Below, one piece after another: positions 1-12,654 of a DNA stretch of 64,000 nucleotides. The notes under the pieces are model-generated. The model saw nothing but the letters and a program-made list of their open reading frames with translations. It did no database searches and was not told where the DNA came from. The DNA comes from Lytechinus pictus (Eukaryota), in the NCBI RefSeq assembly GCF_037042905.1, contig NC_087256.1, forward strand, positions 26,474,001 to 26,538,000. Reading direction: 5' to 3'. Within the stretch, counting starts at the first letter, position 1, and every line of letters begins with the position of its first letter. The translations under genes were made by a program, and so were the position numbers.

Positions 1-2
1 AG

Positions 3-185
3 TAGCAAGACCATTTTACCTTTCATATGAGGGCACATACCGGAGAAAAGCCTCATGCTTGCACTTATTGTCAGAAGAGATTTAGTAAGAAGGCCCATCT
101 TACCCTCCATATAAGGACACATACCGGAGAAAAGCCTCATGCTTGCTCTCATTATGAGAAGAGATTTTCTGATAAAGTTCATTAA
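3..185 (+). CDS. 3' end of a C2H2 zinc-finger ORF entering from the left edge (partial)
   Basis: Frame +3 reads ...[57 protein letters not shown], with TGEKP linkers and TAA at 183-185. This could be the true stop or the first disablement. Confidence 0.5.
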
Positions 186-1410
186 CCTGTCATATAAGAA
201 CGCATACTGGAGAAAAACCTTATTCTTGCTCTTATTGTGAGAAAAGGTTTTCTAACAAGACCAATGTTATCTGCCATATAAAAACACATACTGGAGAAAA
301 GCCATATGCTTGCTCTCATTGTGAGAGGAGGTTTTCTACAAAAAGTGAGCTTACCCGTCATATAAGAAGACATACTGGAGAAAAGCCATATGCTTGCCCT
401 CATTGTGAAAAAAGATATTCTTACAGTACTTATCTAAAAGACCATTTAAGAACTCATTCTGGAGAAAAGCCTTATGCTTGCTCTCATTGTAAGAAGAGAT
501 TTTGTACAAAGACAGAGCTTACCCGTTATATACGAACACATACTGGAGAAAAGCCTTATGCTTGCTCTCATTGTGAGAAGAGACACTCTACAAAGGGTGA
601 TCTTGCCCGTCATATGACAACTCATACTGGAGAAAAGCCTTATGCTTGCTCTCATTGTGAGGAGTGGTTTCCTACAACGGGTGAATTAACCCGTCATGAA
701 ACAACACATATTGGAGAAAAGCCTTATTTTTGCTCTCTTTGCAAGAAGAGATTTTCTAAGAAGAGAAATCTTACCCTTCACATAGTAACACATACTAAAG
801 AAAAACCTTATGCATGCTCTCATTGTGAGAAGAGATTTTGTGACAAAGGCACCTTAACCCGTCATGTGACAACACATACTGGACAAAAGCCTCATGCATG
901 CTCTCGTTGTAAGAGGAGATTTTCTACAAAGAGAGAGCTCTCTTGTCATATGAGTACACATACTTGAGAAAAGCCTTATGTTTGCACTTATTGTCAGAAG
1001 AGATTCAGTAACAAGACCCATTTTACCTTTCATATAAGGACACATACCGGAGAAAAGCCTCATGCTTGTTCTCATTGTAAGAAGAGATTTTGTACAAAGA
1101 TTGAGCTTACCCATCACATACGAGCACATATTGGAGAAAAGCCTTATGCTTCCTCTCATTGTGAGAAGAGACATTCTACAAAGAGTAATCTTACCCGTCA
1201 TATGACAACTCGTATTGGAGAAAAGCCTTATGCTTGCTCTCATTGTGAGAAGAGGTTTTCTAGAAAGGTTGAACTTACTCGTCATGAAAGAACACATACT
1301 TGAGAAAAGCTTTGTTCTTTAAAATCTCATTACTAATTATGCTCATTGATTAAATAAAGCACATTAAATTAACCTGTCATGTAAAAATGCATGCTGGAGA
1401 AAAGTCCTAT
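186..1410 (+). pseudogene. Degenerate C2H2 zinc-finger array
   Basis: 84-bp periodic CxxC...HxxxH-TGEKP units interrupted by stops (e.g. TGA 965-967) and frameshifts. ORF 614-967 holds four intact fingers. Confidence 0.85.
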
Positions 1411-1424
1411 CAGGATTATGCTAT

Positions 1425-3620
1425 TGTGAGAAGATATTATCTTTCAAGGCCAATCTTACAGAACATTTAAGAATACTTAATGGAGTAAAGCCTGATGCTT
1501 GCACTCATTGTGAGAAGATATTATCTTACAAGGCCAATCTTACAGAACATTTAAGAATACTAAATGGAGTAAAGCCTGATGCTTGCACTCATTGTGAGAA
1601 GATATTATCTTACAAGGCCAATCTTACAGAACATTTAAGAATACTTAATGGAGTAAAGCCTGATGCTTGCTCTCATAGTGAGAAGATTTTATCTTACAAG
1701 GCCAATCTTACAGAACATTTAAGAATACTTAATGGAGTAAAGCCTGATGCTTGCACTCATAGTGAGAAGATATTATCTTTCAAGGCCAATCTTACAGAAC
1801 ATTTAAGAATACTTAATGGAGTAAAGCCTGATGCTTGCACTCATTGTGAGAAGATATTATCTTACAAGGCCAATCTTACAGAACATTTAAGAATACCTAA
1901 TGGAGTAAAGCCTGATGCTTGCTCTCATAGTGAGAAGATATTATCTTACAAGGCCAATCTTACAGAACATTTAAGAATACTTAATGGAGTAAAGCCTGAT
2001 GCTTGCTCTCATAGTGAGAAGATTTTATCTTACAAGGCCAATCTTACAGAACATTTAAGAATACTTAATGGAGTAAAGCCTGATGCTTGCACTCATAGTG
2101 AGAAGATATTATCTTTCAAGGCCAATCTTACAGAACATTCAAGAATACTTAATGGAGTAAAGCCTGATGCTTGCACTCATTGTGAGAAGATATTATCTTA
2201 CAAGGCCAATCTTACAGAACATTTAAGAATACCTAATGGAGTAAAGCCTGATGCTTGCTCTCATAGTGAGAAGATATTATCTTACAAGGCCAATCTTACA
2301 GAACATTTAAGAATACTTAATGGAGTAAAGCCTGATGCTTGCTCTCATAGTGAGAAGATTTTATCTTACAAGGCCAATCTTACAGAACATTTAAGAATAC
2401 TTAATGGAGTAAAGCCTGGTGCTTGCACTCATAGTGAGAAGATATTATCTTTCAAGGCCAATCTTACAGAACATTTAAGAATACTTAATGGAGTAAAGCC
2501 TGATGCTTGCACTCATTGTGAGAAGATATTATCTTACAAGGCCAATCTTACAGAACATTTAAGAATACTTAATGGAGTAAAGCCTGATGCTTGCTCTCAT
2601 AGTGAGAAGATTTTATCTTACAAGGCCAATCTTACAGAACATTTAAGAATACTTAATGGAGTAAAGCTTGGTGCTTGCTCTCATTGTGAGAAGATATTAT
2701 CTTTCAAGGCCAATCTTACAGAACATTTAAGAATACTTAATGGAGTAAAGCCTGATGCTTGCACTCATAGTGAGAAGATATTATCTTTCAAGGCCAATCT
2801 TACAGAACATTTAAGAATACTTAATGGAGTAAAGCCTGATGCTTGCACTCATTGTGAGAAGATATTATCTTAGAAGGCCAATCTTACAGAACATTTAAGA
2901 ATACTTAATGGAGTAAAGCCTGATGCTTGCACTCATAGTGAGAAGATATTATCTTTCAAGGCCCATCTTACAGAACATTTAAGAATACTTAATGGAGTAA
3001 AGCCTGATGCTTGCACCCATAGTGAGAAGATATTATCTTTCAAGGCCAATCTTACAGAACATTTAAGAATACTTAATGGAGTAAAGCCTGATGCTTGCAC
3101 TCATTGTGAGAAGATATTATCTTACAAGGCCAATCTTACAGAACATTTAAGAATACTTAATGGAGTAAAGCCTGATGCTTGCACCCATAGTGAGAAGATA
3201 TTATCTTTCAAGGCCAATCTTACAGAACATTTAAGAATACTTAATGGAGTAAAGCCTGATGCTTGCACTCATTGTGAGAAGATATTATCTTACAAGGCCA
3301 ATCTTACAGAACATTTAAGAATACTTAATGGAGTAAAGCTTGGTGCTTGCTCTCATTGTGAGAAGATATTATCTTTCAAGGCCAATCTTACAGAACATTT
3401 AAGAATACTTAATGGAGTAAAGCCTGATGCTTGCACTCATAGTGAGAAGATATTATCTTTCAAGGCCAATCTTACAGAACATTTAAGAATACTTAATGGA
3501 GTAAAGCCTGATGCTTGCACTCATAGTGAGAAGATATTATCTTACAAGGCCAATCTTACAGAACATTTAAGAATACTTAATGGAGTAAAGCTTGGTGCTT
3601 GCTCTCACTGTGAGAAGATA
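1425..3620 (+). repeat. 84-bp zinc-finger-derived minisatellite, about 26 near-identical copies
   Basis: Unit gatgcttgcactcattgtgagaagatattatcttacaaggccaatcttacagaacatttaagaatacttaatggagtaaagcct translates as DACTHCEKILSYKANLTEHLRILNGVKP. The second His is lost in all copies and the second Cys is often Ser. Confidence 0.95.
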
Positions 3621-4060
3621 TTTTCCCCAAAAGCCCATCTAATACTTCATACAAGAATACATACTGGAGAAAAAACCCTATATTTCCTCTCATTGTAAGA
3701 AGGCATTTTTTTCGATAGAGAACTCGCTTAACATTCTTATAAAAACTCATAATGGAGAAAAACTCTATCCTTTATTTGCTGTCATTGTGAGAAGAGATTT
3801 TCTCCCAAAAGAAATCTTTCGAAATTTATCACGACACCTGACTCTGGATTAAAAAAATATATGTTGATATTGTTAGAATGGGTTTCCCCAAAAGCTTTCA
3901 TTTTCTGATATGAACACATACATGAAAAATGGCTTCATTATTGCTATCCTTGTGAGAAGAGATTGTCTAAGAAGAGCAATATAAAGTGTCTTATTGCTCA
4001 AAAATCTAATATCAAATGCTAAAGTAAAATCCCATCCTTGTCCAAATTATGAGAAATTGT
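3621..4060 (+). pseudogene. Further decayed zinc-finger units
   Basis: catactggagaaaaa and cattgtgagaagagattt motifs with indels and stops. Confidence 0.7.
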
Positions 4061-4137
4061 TTTCTGCAAAGACATTTGAATTAAATTTGAAACGCAATGC
4101 AGGAAAGTCATGTGATTGATTCTTAGCAGGGCTTCTA

Positions 4138-5351
4138 CAGTGCGTATCAAAAAAAAGTTTACTCTTAGAAAAAATCCTGTAAAATTATACATTTGTAATA
4201 TCCTGAAGATTTTTCCACATTTTAACATTGGTACAGATCCATTTAACAAAATGACAATATAACAGTCGAAAAATATTTCTGCCTGAGTGAGCACCATTTA
4301 CTTTTGAAAAGTTAGTGAAAAATTATTTGCGCAGAACTTGGAAATAGTTATGCGAATAAAAGTAGGCCATAATCATGAAGAACGTGTGGAATTTACCTAG
4401 TACAAGTGATTTGTAGATATCTTTTACCTTTTTCAAACTTGTTTCCTTGCCCAAAACACTTCAAAGAGTGCATTGCACCCCACCCCACTCCCCCACACAC
4501 CGAGGCCATCGTGACGATATTTGATTTACACTGAGCTGTGATTTACATGAAATGGCTTGGGCTTGATTTTCAATTTGTTAATCATTGTCAAGCTTGGAAA
4601 AAGTGTGGAGAAACAAGTACTAAATGAAAAATGAAATGTAAACCCACTTTAAATGAAAAAAACTTAGTGAAAAATGCTGGTGATGTCTGATATAAAATTT
4701 TTGTTCAGATTCAGTTATGTCCTCAGATCCAGCTGGCACAAAAGGGTAAAGGTTGTGCTTAGTAAGTGTTGAAATTTCAATTTGGGTGGCAAAATTGTTA
4801 CAAATTGTTGCGTGAATGTATCCATTTTATTTCAACTGAATAAAAATGCAAGGGAAATGTATAAGAAATGTTTTGCAGGACACGTTTGATTTTGCCCCTT
4901 CCCCTTGACTCAACGTGAAAACGAGCATTTCTGGGCAAACAGATTTCTGCGAGCTTTACAAAAATGGGCAGTGCTCACTCAAGTGTAAGATTTTGTCAAA
5001 CCTTTTACTTTCATTGGATAGATGAGACCCAAACTCAATATTATATGTGAAAAAACTGGTGACACAACATTTGCTCCTGCGACATTTGCTCCGGTCTTGA
5101 TATCTCAGACGGAATGGGGTTAGAGTTGGGATTGTAATAGAGTTTTTGTTTCAAAAGAGTGTAAAGATTATGATTAGGGTTTATTTAGTTTTGGAGGTTA
5201 GATTAAATAGTTGACTTAACGTGCAAATCTTCCATCGGAGCAATTGTCGCCGGAGCAAATGTCATGGAACCGAAAAAACTACCCACATGTTGTATATTTT
5301 TTAATTCCCAGGGCTTTTTCAAAGTGTAAACTTTTTTTGATATGCACACTA
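4138..5351. mobile_element. Tc1/mariner-type MITE
   Basis: TA followed by cagtgcgtatcaaaaaaaagtttac on the left; gtaaactttttttgatatgcacact followed by ata on the right; non-coding. Confidence 0.7.
5057..5272. mobile_element. Small MITE nested in the Tc1-type MITE, 7-bp TSD AAAAAAC
   Basis: Inverted subterminal repeats acatttgctcc / ggagcaaatgt; aaaaaac at 5050-5056 and 5273-5279. Confidence 0.75.
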
Positions 5352-5699
5352 TAAGGTTCAACTGATTGATTGATTGATTGCATTTATTCTTTTTCATTCC
5401 AAAATTTAACAAAAGTTACAATGTAAAGCAAAACACAAATATATAATATACAGAAATGAAAAAAGGGAAACCCACTGGAAAGCAAAGCTTGTTAGTATGG
5501 GTTCCCTAAAATAGTTAATTAAAGTATATCTTTGATCAATGAAATTTAAGTCGTAAATTAAAAAGGTTCGTACAATGAAAAAGAATACTAGTGTGGTCAA
5601 GCTTTTTATGCCTAGGTACTCACTATGTTACAATTAACAGAAAAAAATATATCATACCCCAATCATCCATCGTATAAGATGAGGAGATAACTTCTTCAC

Positions 5700-6000
5700 C
5701 TTTCCCCATTTGAGAAAGGATTAACTGTGGAAAGTAAAATAAATCAACATCTTGGAACGCACACGTATCTTTGCCTGTATTTTGAGACCAGATTCCCTAT
5801 GAGAGTACACTTTATTACCTGCCATATCAGAATATGTACGTAAGAAAAACCTCACCATTGCTCGCATTGTGAGAATGGATTTTCCATTAATGGTCTTAAC
5901 TCTCATATACTGATAGAGAAACCCTCCTTTTGCCTCCATTGTAAGAGAAAGATTTTATTTGTCATGTAAGAAATCATCATTGTTCTCAGTGTAAGAAAAT
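5700..6000 (+). pseudogene. Highly decayed zinc-finger remnants
   Basis: cattgtgagaatggattttcc, gagaaaccct and cattgtaagagaaagattt motifs resemble the upstream fingers. Confidence 0.5.
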
Positions 6001-7839
6001 TTTGAGAGGCCATCAAGGCCTCAAGAAAATTCTGAGCCGTTCCAGACACCGAACCTTAAAATGTGAAATAGGAATTCTGAGAAAAGAATGGGTAAATAGT
6101 TCAATTTTTAGGCATGAAATTTCGATATTTTAAGGGCAAGGCCATTTTTTTTCTCAGGCCCTTTTTTGTTATAGCGCAATGGGGGAGAACTACACGTAAA
6201 AAGGGCCAGGGGGATGGTCATCTTGACACTAGGCAAGAGGGTAGCCTAGCCCTTAGTGGTCGTGGATAATAAATTGTACATTCAAAGATTGAAATAAAGA
6301 GAAGAATTTTTTTTTGAATTTTTCAATGTCACAAGGTCCACGCTATTTCTATATTGAATTTCATAATGCAGATGAGACCGATCTACTAGGTTGTTTCTAA
6401 CATTTCTGATATTTCTAAAGTTCTTATCTTCAAACCAAATCAACATAATTAGTATAAATTTTAATTCACTGGCAGATCCAGGGGGGGGGGCAAAGCCAGC
6501 CCGTAACCCCCCCCTTTATAAGGCACGATTAAAGTTTTTAATGTAAAAATGCTGTTAAAATAGAAGTGTGCCCCCCCCCCTTTTGAAAGTGAAGACCTTT
6601 TTGTTATTTTTTTTTGCTTGTCAAATTTTTCCTCAGAATATGTGCCCACCACCCCTTTTAAAACCCCTGGATCCGCGGCCCTGTGTTAATCTTAAAATCA
6701 ATTAATGTCGTAGCTTTGTAGACAACTGAAACCATATTAAAAAGCTATGTCATTTCAAAGTGTACAGCTGTGTTTACCTAAAGGTCGTTCATTTCACATT
6801 TTATTAGGGAGATAATCTAAACCATAATGCCATGATTAGGGTCAAGGGATATATTGGCCTGCCTATGTATCTTTACTTACTTGGATGTACTTGGATGTTG
6901 AGACGTAAAGCAATGTGCTCATGTGCCCCTCGTTGATTTTTTCTTATCTTTGGATGTCTGTACACTTCTTAAACTATTAATACTGATGTAAAGGATGTAT
7001 TTAGAATTAGGATTTATGTTTTGCAACTGTTATGTCAATAAGGTTTCACTTGTATGTTCATTGTTTTTTGTTCAACCATCTACTGTGGACAAACACTAAG
7101 ACACAAGGGTGTCTATTTTCCTCATTTTTTCGAATGAAAAAAAAAATCATTAAGATAAATTGATACCGCATGTTTGTTGCATGATTCTTTTTTGTATTAC
7201 TGAGGTTCCCATGTATGAAATTTAGCGATATGGATATTTTTTTTTCCCTGGTTTGTGCACTGCTTAGTCCTTTGAGAACAGAATTTGTAAAGAAAGAAAA
7301 AAAAAAAAAAACATATGCAAAGAAAAAAAAAAGATTCAGTATTATGAAGGTGAGAGATATATTAATTCTGTATTGGGTTTGTTTGAGAAATTTAATACTA
7401 AGTGGATGTCAATTCATTCTTTATTTACTTGAGAGAAATGTGAAGTATTATTAATGTGTGAGTTCATACATATATATATTGATTGTATAATAATGTTTGC
7501 TTGTGTATATTTTGATACTATTTTACTCAATAAAAGGCATTTCGAGGGCTAAAAAGGTGACAAAAAAAGAAGAGAAGTTGTATTTTGTCCCGGAAATTGC
7601 CCATCCAATCATTTCTCCTTTTCTTTTGGTATTATGACTTTGTTTCTCTGTTCCTGCTTGAAAAGAACACATGTGACCCACAGTTTGTTCACAGTGTGGA
7701 ACACGACAGTATTTTGTTTATTAGGTGTAGATATACCTATGCTTGGACTGGCTTATCTCGAAATGTTGCATTGCAGTGCAGTAAATGAATGGGTGTAAAT
7801 AAATTTTAGTGGCACTGTGTCTCCAAGGGCTGTTTGTAC

Positions 7840-8271
7840 CGCATACATTCTTAATTCCGAAGCTTCGTTATTCCGAAGGTTCGGATATTCCGAAGGTTCG
7901 TTATTCCGAAGGTCCGTATTTCCGAAGGTTCGTAATTCCGAAGGTTCGTTAGTCCGAAAACGAAGTGAGGTTCGTAATTCCGAAGGTTCGTTAGTCCGAA
8001 AACTAATGATTAACGAACCTTATTTCGTTTTCGGACTAACGGACCTTCGGAACAACGAACCTTATTTCGTTTTTGGATTAACGAACCTTATTTCGTTTTC
8101 GGATTATCTAACCTTCGGAATAACGAACCTTCGGAATAACGCCACAAATGTTCGGATTAACGAACCCTTTTACGTTTTCGGATTAATGAACATCGAGGTA
8201 TAGGCAATTTACGTGTTTCGGAATTACGAACCGTCGGAATAAAGAACCTTTGGAATTACGAAGTGTAACCG
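7840..8271. mobile_element. Foldback-type MITE built of ttccgaaggttcg repeats, 7-bp TSD TTTGTAC
   Basis: Left half (ttccgaaggttcg)n, right half (cgaaccttcggaa)n; tttgtac at 7833-7839 and 8272-8278. Confidence 0.85.
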
Positions 8272-8436
8272 TTTGTACACTACATACAACAATGCAAAAT
8301 GAGAACTTGAACTATGTTCAAACCAGAACATTCAGTTCATTACTTGGCCTTCATAAAATATCACGAATTATGATGTATTATACCCTTTGTTTTGCACATG
8401 GTTGCAAATTGCGATTGGTCATGCATGAATGATTAA

Positions 8437-8974
8437 AGGACAAGTCCACCCCATCAAAATCGGATGTAAAATAAGAAAGTTATGACATTTGAAAGTTTTG
8501 CTTAATTTCACAAAACAGTTATATGCACATCCTGGTGGGTATGCAAATGAGGAGACTGATGACACCATCCATTTACTATTTATTTTGTATTTTATTACAT
8601 GAAATAGGGAATATTCTATTTTTCTCTTTATTGTCAAGTGATACAACAATTAATTCCTCCCTAAACATGTGGAATGAGCATTGTTTAATACTATATGATT
8701 CAGTCAAGTTGGTCCTCATTGTCAAATCTATAAAAAATCAAATATTTCATAATTCAAACAATAAAAAAAAAAAAAAAATAGTGAGTGAGGGACATCATCG
8801 ACTGTACGTGTCATTTGAGTTGTGCATATCAATGTTTTGTGAAAAATGAGCAAAACTTGTTAGTATCATAACTTTCTGATTTTACATCCGATTTTGATGA
8901 AGTTTTCGGCGTTTTGCTAGTTTGATTTCTCTCTTTTCATTCAAATCAACATCTTTCTGGGGTGGACTTGACCT
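8437..8974. mobile_element. Kolobok-type MITE (TTAA TSD, AG termini), family A
   Basis: ttaa|aggacaagtccacccca ... tggggtggacttgacct|ttaa; second copy at 41620-42223. Confidence 0.8.
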
Positions 8975-9384
8975 TTAAGAATCATGCAATAATGCATATA
9001 TTTAGACCTTTCTGTGATCATTGAAGCATTAACATGTCATGTTTCAATGATCACGACTCATTTTTTATTGATAATGCTTTCATTTGATATTCAATTCAAA
9101 TGTGCTTCAGTCAATATTATGCATTTTGCAAATGATTTTTAATGTATGGATATCTGCCTGATGTTGCCTCGAGGTGCAATTAGATATTTCATTTTCTGTC
9201 AAAAGAAACAATTAAGGATCAGAACTTTATATGAAATTATGCATATCATTTTAACTCTCAGAATTATTTAAGAAATAATTATTGATCAATGAAGTATTGC
9301 AAGTTACGTTTCAATGAAAATGTGCATTATATTCATTCATGCATGAATATACTGAGGTGAAAACTGGGTGAAAACAAAGCTTAA

Positions 9385-9977
9385 AGGGGAATCCAGCCTT
9401 GACAATAAAAGTTGTGTTGGGAAGGAGAAAAATAAATCAAACAGAATGGTGAAAGTTTGAAAGAAATCAGACAAGCAATTAGAAAGTTATAGCTGCTTTA
9501 AAATTGAGATCACTAATACTATGTAGATTTCAAATTGGCAACTGTGTAAGTAAATTATGACAAGGGGCAAGGACAACTTTCCCATAGGCCATTTACTTTA
9601 TTATCAGGGATATGTGGTTTTCTCCTAAGTACCCATTCCCCTGGGGCATTTATCTAAATATAACCCAGGTAGTATATTTTGTTATGTCCTCATGAAAAAA
9701 AATATAATTTAAAATAAAACTTTTGGGAAAAATGACATTTTAGCCTTAACATGTATTGGAGTACATGGAAGAGTAGTCCTTGCCTTACATCACTATGACA
9801 TCCCATATGCGGCCAATTTGAAGTCTCCATGGGTATAGTGATTACCAATATTTACAACTTTTAAAAATTCATAACATTCTTGTTGCTTGTCCAATATTGT
9901 TCAAATTTTCACCCATCAACTTATCTGATTTTTCTTTTCCTTATAAAAACAAGTTTTTATTTGGGTTGGATTCCCCT
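9385..9977. mobile_element. Kolobok-type MITE, family B
   Basis: ttaa|aggggaatcca ... tggattcccct|ttaa; 5'-truncated copy at about 32320-32883. Confidence 0.8.
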
Positions 9978-10492
9978 TTAAGGATATACTTCTCATTCAT
10001 GTAATATATAGTTCATCATTACATTTAATGAAAGCCAATTAACTAGGCAGAGAGTTTTTGTATTCCAGCATAAAAAAGACATAACATATAGGACCTACCA
10101 AAAATATGTGATACGCTTGATATTCAACTGATAGGAAATTATGGAAAAAAAAATCATTTAAAAAAAGCAAAAAGCAAAAAAAAATATCTGCAGGGGTGTG
10201 TGTGTGTGGTCTGGCTGATATCTAATTTTAGAGTGTGCAGATCGAGGAACACCTTTTGGCTCATATACCCATATTTGTTATTGCCTGATTATTTTTCAAG
10301 TTATTTGATTGATTGGATCAATAGTAACTTTTCAATTGTAAGACGGGACCCTGAGGGGATCCAGTCAACCGAAAAGAGAGATAATAATAATTATAATCGG
10401 CATCAACTTATGAAAAACCGACTGTTGTTGCGACGCCCCGGCCCCAGAGCGACGCCCGGTCTGCTGCCCTCAACGTTATACTGTGATATATC

Positions 10493-10507
10493 GCGGGTAC
10501 TTTTGAA
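10493..10507 (+). promoter_or_regulatory. CDE/CHR-like cell-cycle element in the probable NCAPG promoter
   Basis: GCGGG, 4-nt spacer, TTTGAA in a CpG-rich patch; inverted CCAAT (gattgg) at about 10311; a splice donor follows at 10580. Confidence 0.55.
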
Positions 10508-10509
10508 AA

Positions 10510-10579
10510 TCAAGCCGAGCTGAGCTGTTGACTTTTGTGTGTCTGGGCCGAAGTCTGAAGAAAACACAAACTTTTTCAG
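10510..10579 (+). other. NCAPG: Probable non-coding first exon of NCAPG (5' end approximate)
   Basis: Donor CAG|GTAAAG at 10579/10580. The ATG exon has a strong acceptor (tctttccag, 13339), so an upstream exon is implied. Confidence 0.45.
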
Positions 10580-10767
10580 GTAAAGAATGTTTAGATTTAT
10601 CCTTGTCATTTACTTCATTCCGTGTATTAAGACAATGGCAGTTTTTACGTATAATTGAAAAACAAAATGATTTTTACAGCCGCACTGCCACTGGCGTCTT
10701 GCCTGGCTTGGCCTGGCTTGGGCTTGGTACGTTGTCGTTAAAAAAGACGTTAGCTCGGAGTCGGATA

Positions 10768-11716
10768 ACCCAGGGAGCTCCCGCCCGCGAAAACAGAAAT
10801 TATGCACTTACCATGATTATATTGATGAAGCCTGAATGTCTATCGAGTGGTAGTATCCTGACATCGAGGCACAGACTGGAACCTCAAAAAAAAGAAAAGT
10901 TCTCTCCTACCCCAGTCCTGATCACGATCATGTCGATCGGCCATTTTTGTTATACTTATAGGCCCTAAAATCATAACAAAAATGGCCGATCGGGACTGGG
11001 GTAGGAGAGAACTCGTTTTTTTGAGGTTCCAGTCTGTGCCTCGATGTCAGGATGCTACCACTCGATAGACCTTCATCCATATAATCGTGGTAAGTGCATA
11101 ATTTCTGTTTTCACAATTTATCTTCAGGATCTTGCTAGATATTTTGACCATAATCTACCCTTGTCCCGTGATGGGTAAATACACGGTTAGAGTAGACAGC
11201 TGGCAGCCGTCTGTTTCGAGGAGTTTTTAAACATTTTTTTCCCCTTAAATTTCTCCTCGTACACAGATGGCTCGCTAGCGTGCAGCCACCATTAGGGGAC
11301 TTGCAATGCAAAATCCCCCCGTCTGGGCTCTTCAATTTTTGTCTTTAATGAATAAAAATTTTGAAAATTAACGCGACCAAAATGCAAATTAATATTCCCT
11401 CTTGGCATATTAATTGCCAAAAAATGGAGAAAAATCAAGTTAAAAGGAACAAAAACAGTGACTTACCGCAGCTGTCGCGCAAATTCACTTCCCCGTTTTA
11501 TCCGATCTTAAGTACATAAACATATGGCCACCGGCCATTGAGTCCCCTGTACAGATCGCGCTAGAACTTCGGTCTCTGTATTTGGTGAGTGAAGCCAACG
11601 GAGAGTCGGAGTTCAGCTCAGCTGAACAACCAACATAACAGAGACCGAAGCTTTTGGTCTAATACACGGTGAGCTCCTGGGCGCCGGCCTGCTTCGCGGG
11701 CCAGCGCTCCCTGGGT
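10768..11716. mobile_element. piggyBac-type non-autonomous element with an internal long palindrome
   Basis: ataa|cccagggagctcccgcccgcgaa ... ttcgcgggccagcgctccctggg|ttaa; CCC/GGG termini; inverted arms at about 10789-11112. Confidence 0.65.
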
Positions 11717-11859
11717 TAATTCGGTGGTGGCCAATTTTGCATGTGACCAAAGTCAAGTTTCATCGCCGATCCCTGAAGTAAAAAAAAGTTCAATGTAAAT
11801 GTTGTTTTAATCGGCGGCGGACACCAATACCTAAAATTGATATCGGCAAAAATATTGAA

Positions 11860-12585
11860 ATGTTAAGTTGTTGTTTACCATATCTAAAAATTTAGGTGTC
11901 TTTTTGTCTGGAAATGTTTTAAAGTGTTTTGAGGTGTAATGAGTTAAAATATATTTGATATGCCTTTCGCTATGGACTCCAGTTCTCCTAGAAGAAATAT
12001 AATAAATCACACATTTTTCTGACAACCGCGGAAAAGAAAAAACAAAATAGAAGTCACAAACATCTCAGATCAATGAACAATCGATTGGGAATGTTTTAAA
12101 ATTGTTTTGAGGTCCTAACGAGTTAAAATATATTTTATATATCTTTCCCTATGAACTCTCTAAGAAATATAAATGATGCACTATTCTGAAAACGGCGGAA
12201 AGGATTATAAAACAGAATAGAAGTCGCAAACGAGTCAGATTAATGAACGATCTATCAGGCATTTAACATTGTTTTATGATGCTAACGAGTGAAATTTCAA
12301 ACTCCTTTGATTAGGAACTCTTGTTCTCCGAGTATAAATATAAATCACACATTATTCTGACAACATTGGAAAGGAATATAAAACAGAATATAAGTCACAA
12401 ACATCTCTGATTAATGAACGATCTACATGTATCAGAACAGGTGTTAAATTGTTTTGAGACGATAAAGAGTTCAAATACATTTTAAATACCTTTCGTTATG
12501 AACTTTCTAAGAAATGTAAATCACACATTTATTCTGACAACAGCGGAAATAATAAAAGAACCGATGTCACAAACATATCAGATCA
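11860..12585. repeat. Degenerate ~170-bp tandem repeat, about 4 copies
   Basis: aaatcacacatt..ctgacaac..aaacagaatagaagtcacaaacatctcagat recurs near 12005, 12175, 12342 and 12519. Confidence 0.7.
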
Positions 12586-12654
12586 CTTGGATTGTGAAGC
12601 GTCCCGGCTTCATAGGGAGGTATAAACCGGGGTATAAAATAATGATAGTATTAC

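Noticed and set aside
182-1297. Minus-strand ORFs (MRASIRLFSS...)
   Set aside because: Antisense shadows of the periodic zinc-finger codons.
7817-8203. 128-aa repetitive ORF
   Set aside because: Translation of the foldback MITE repeats.
10200-10968. 107-aa and 146-aa ORFs near the promoter
   Set aside because: Non-ATG starts, no recognisable motifs, and overlap with promoter and MITE sequence.
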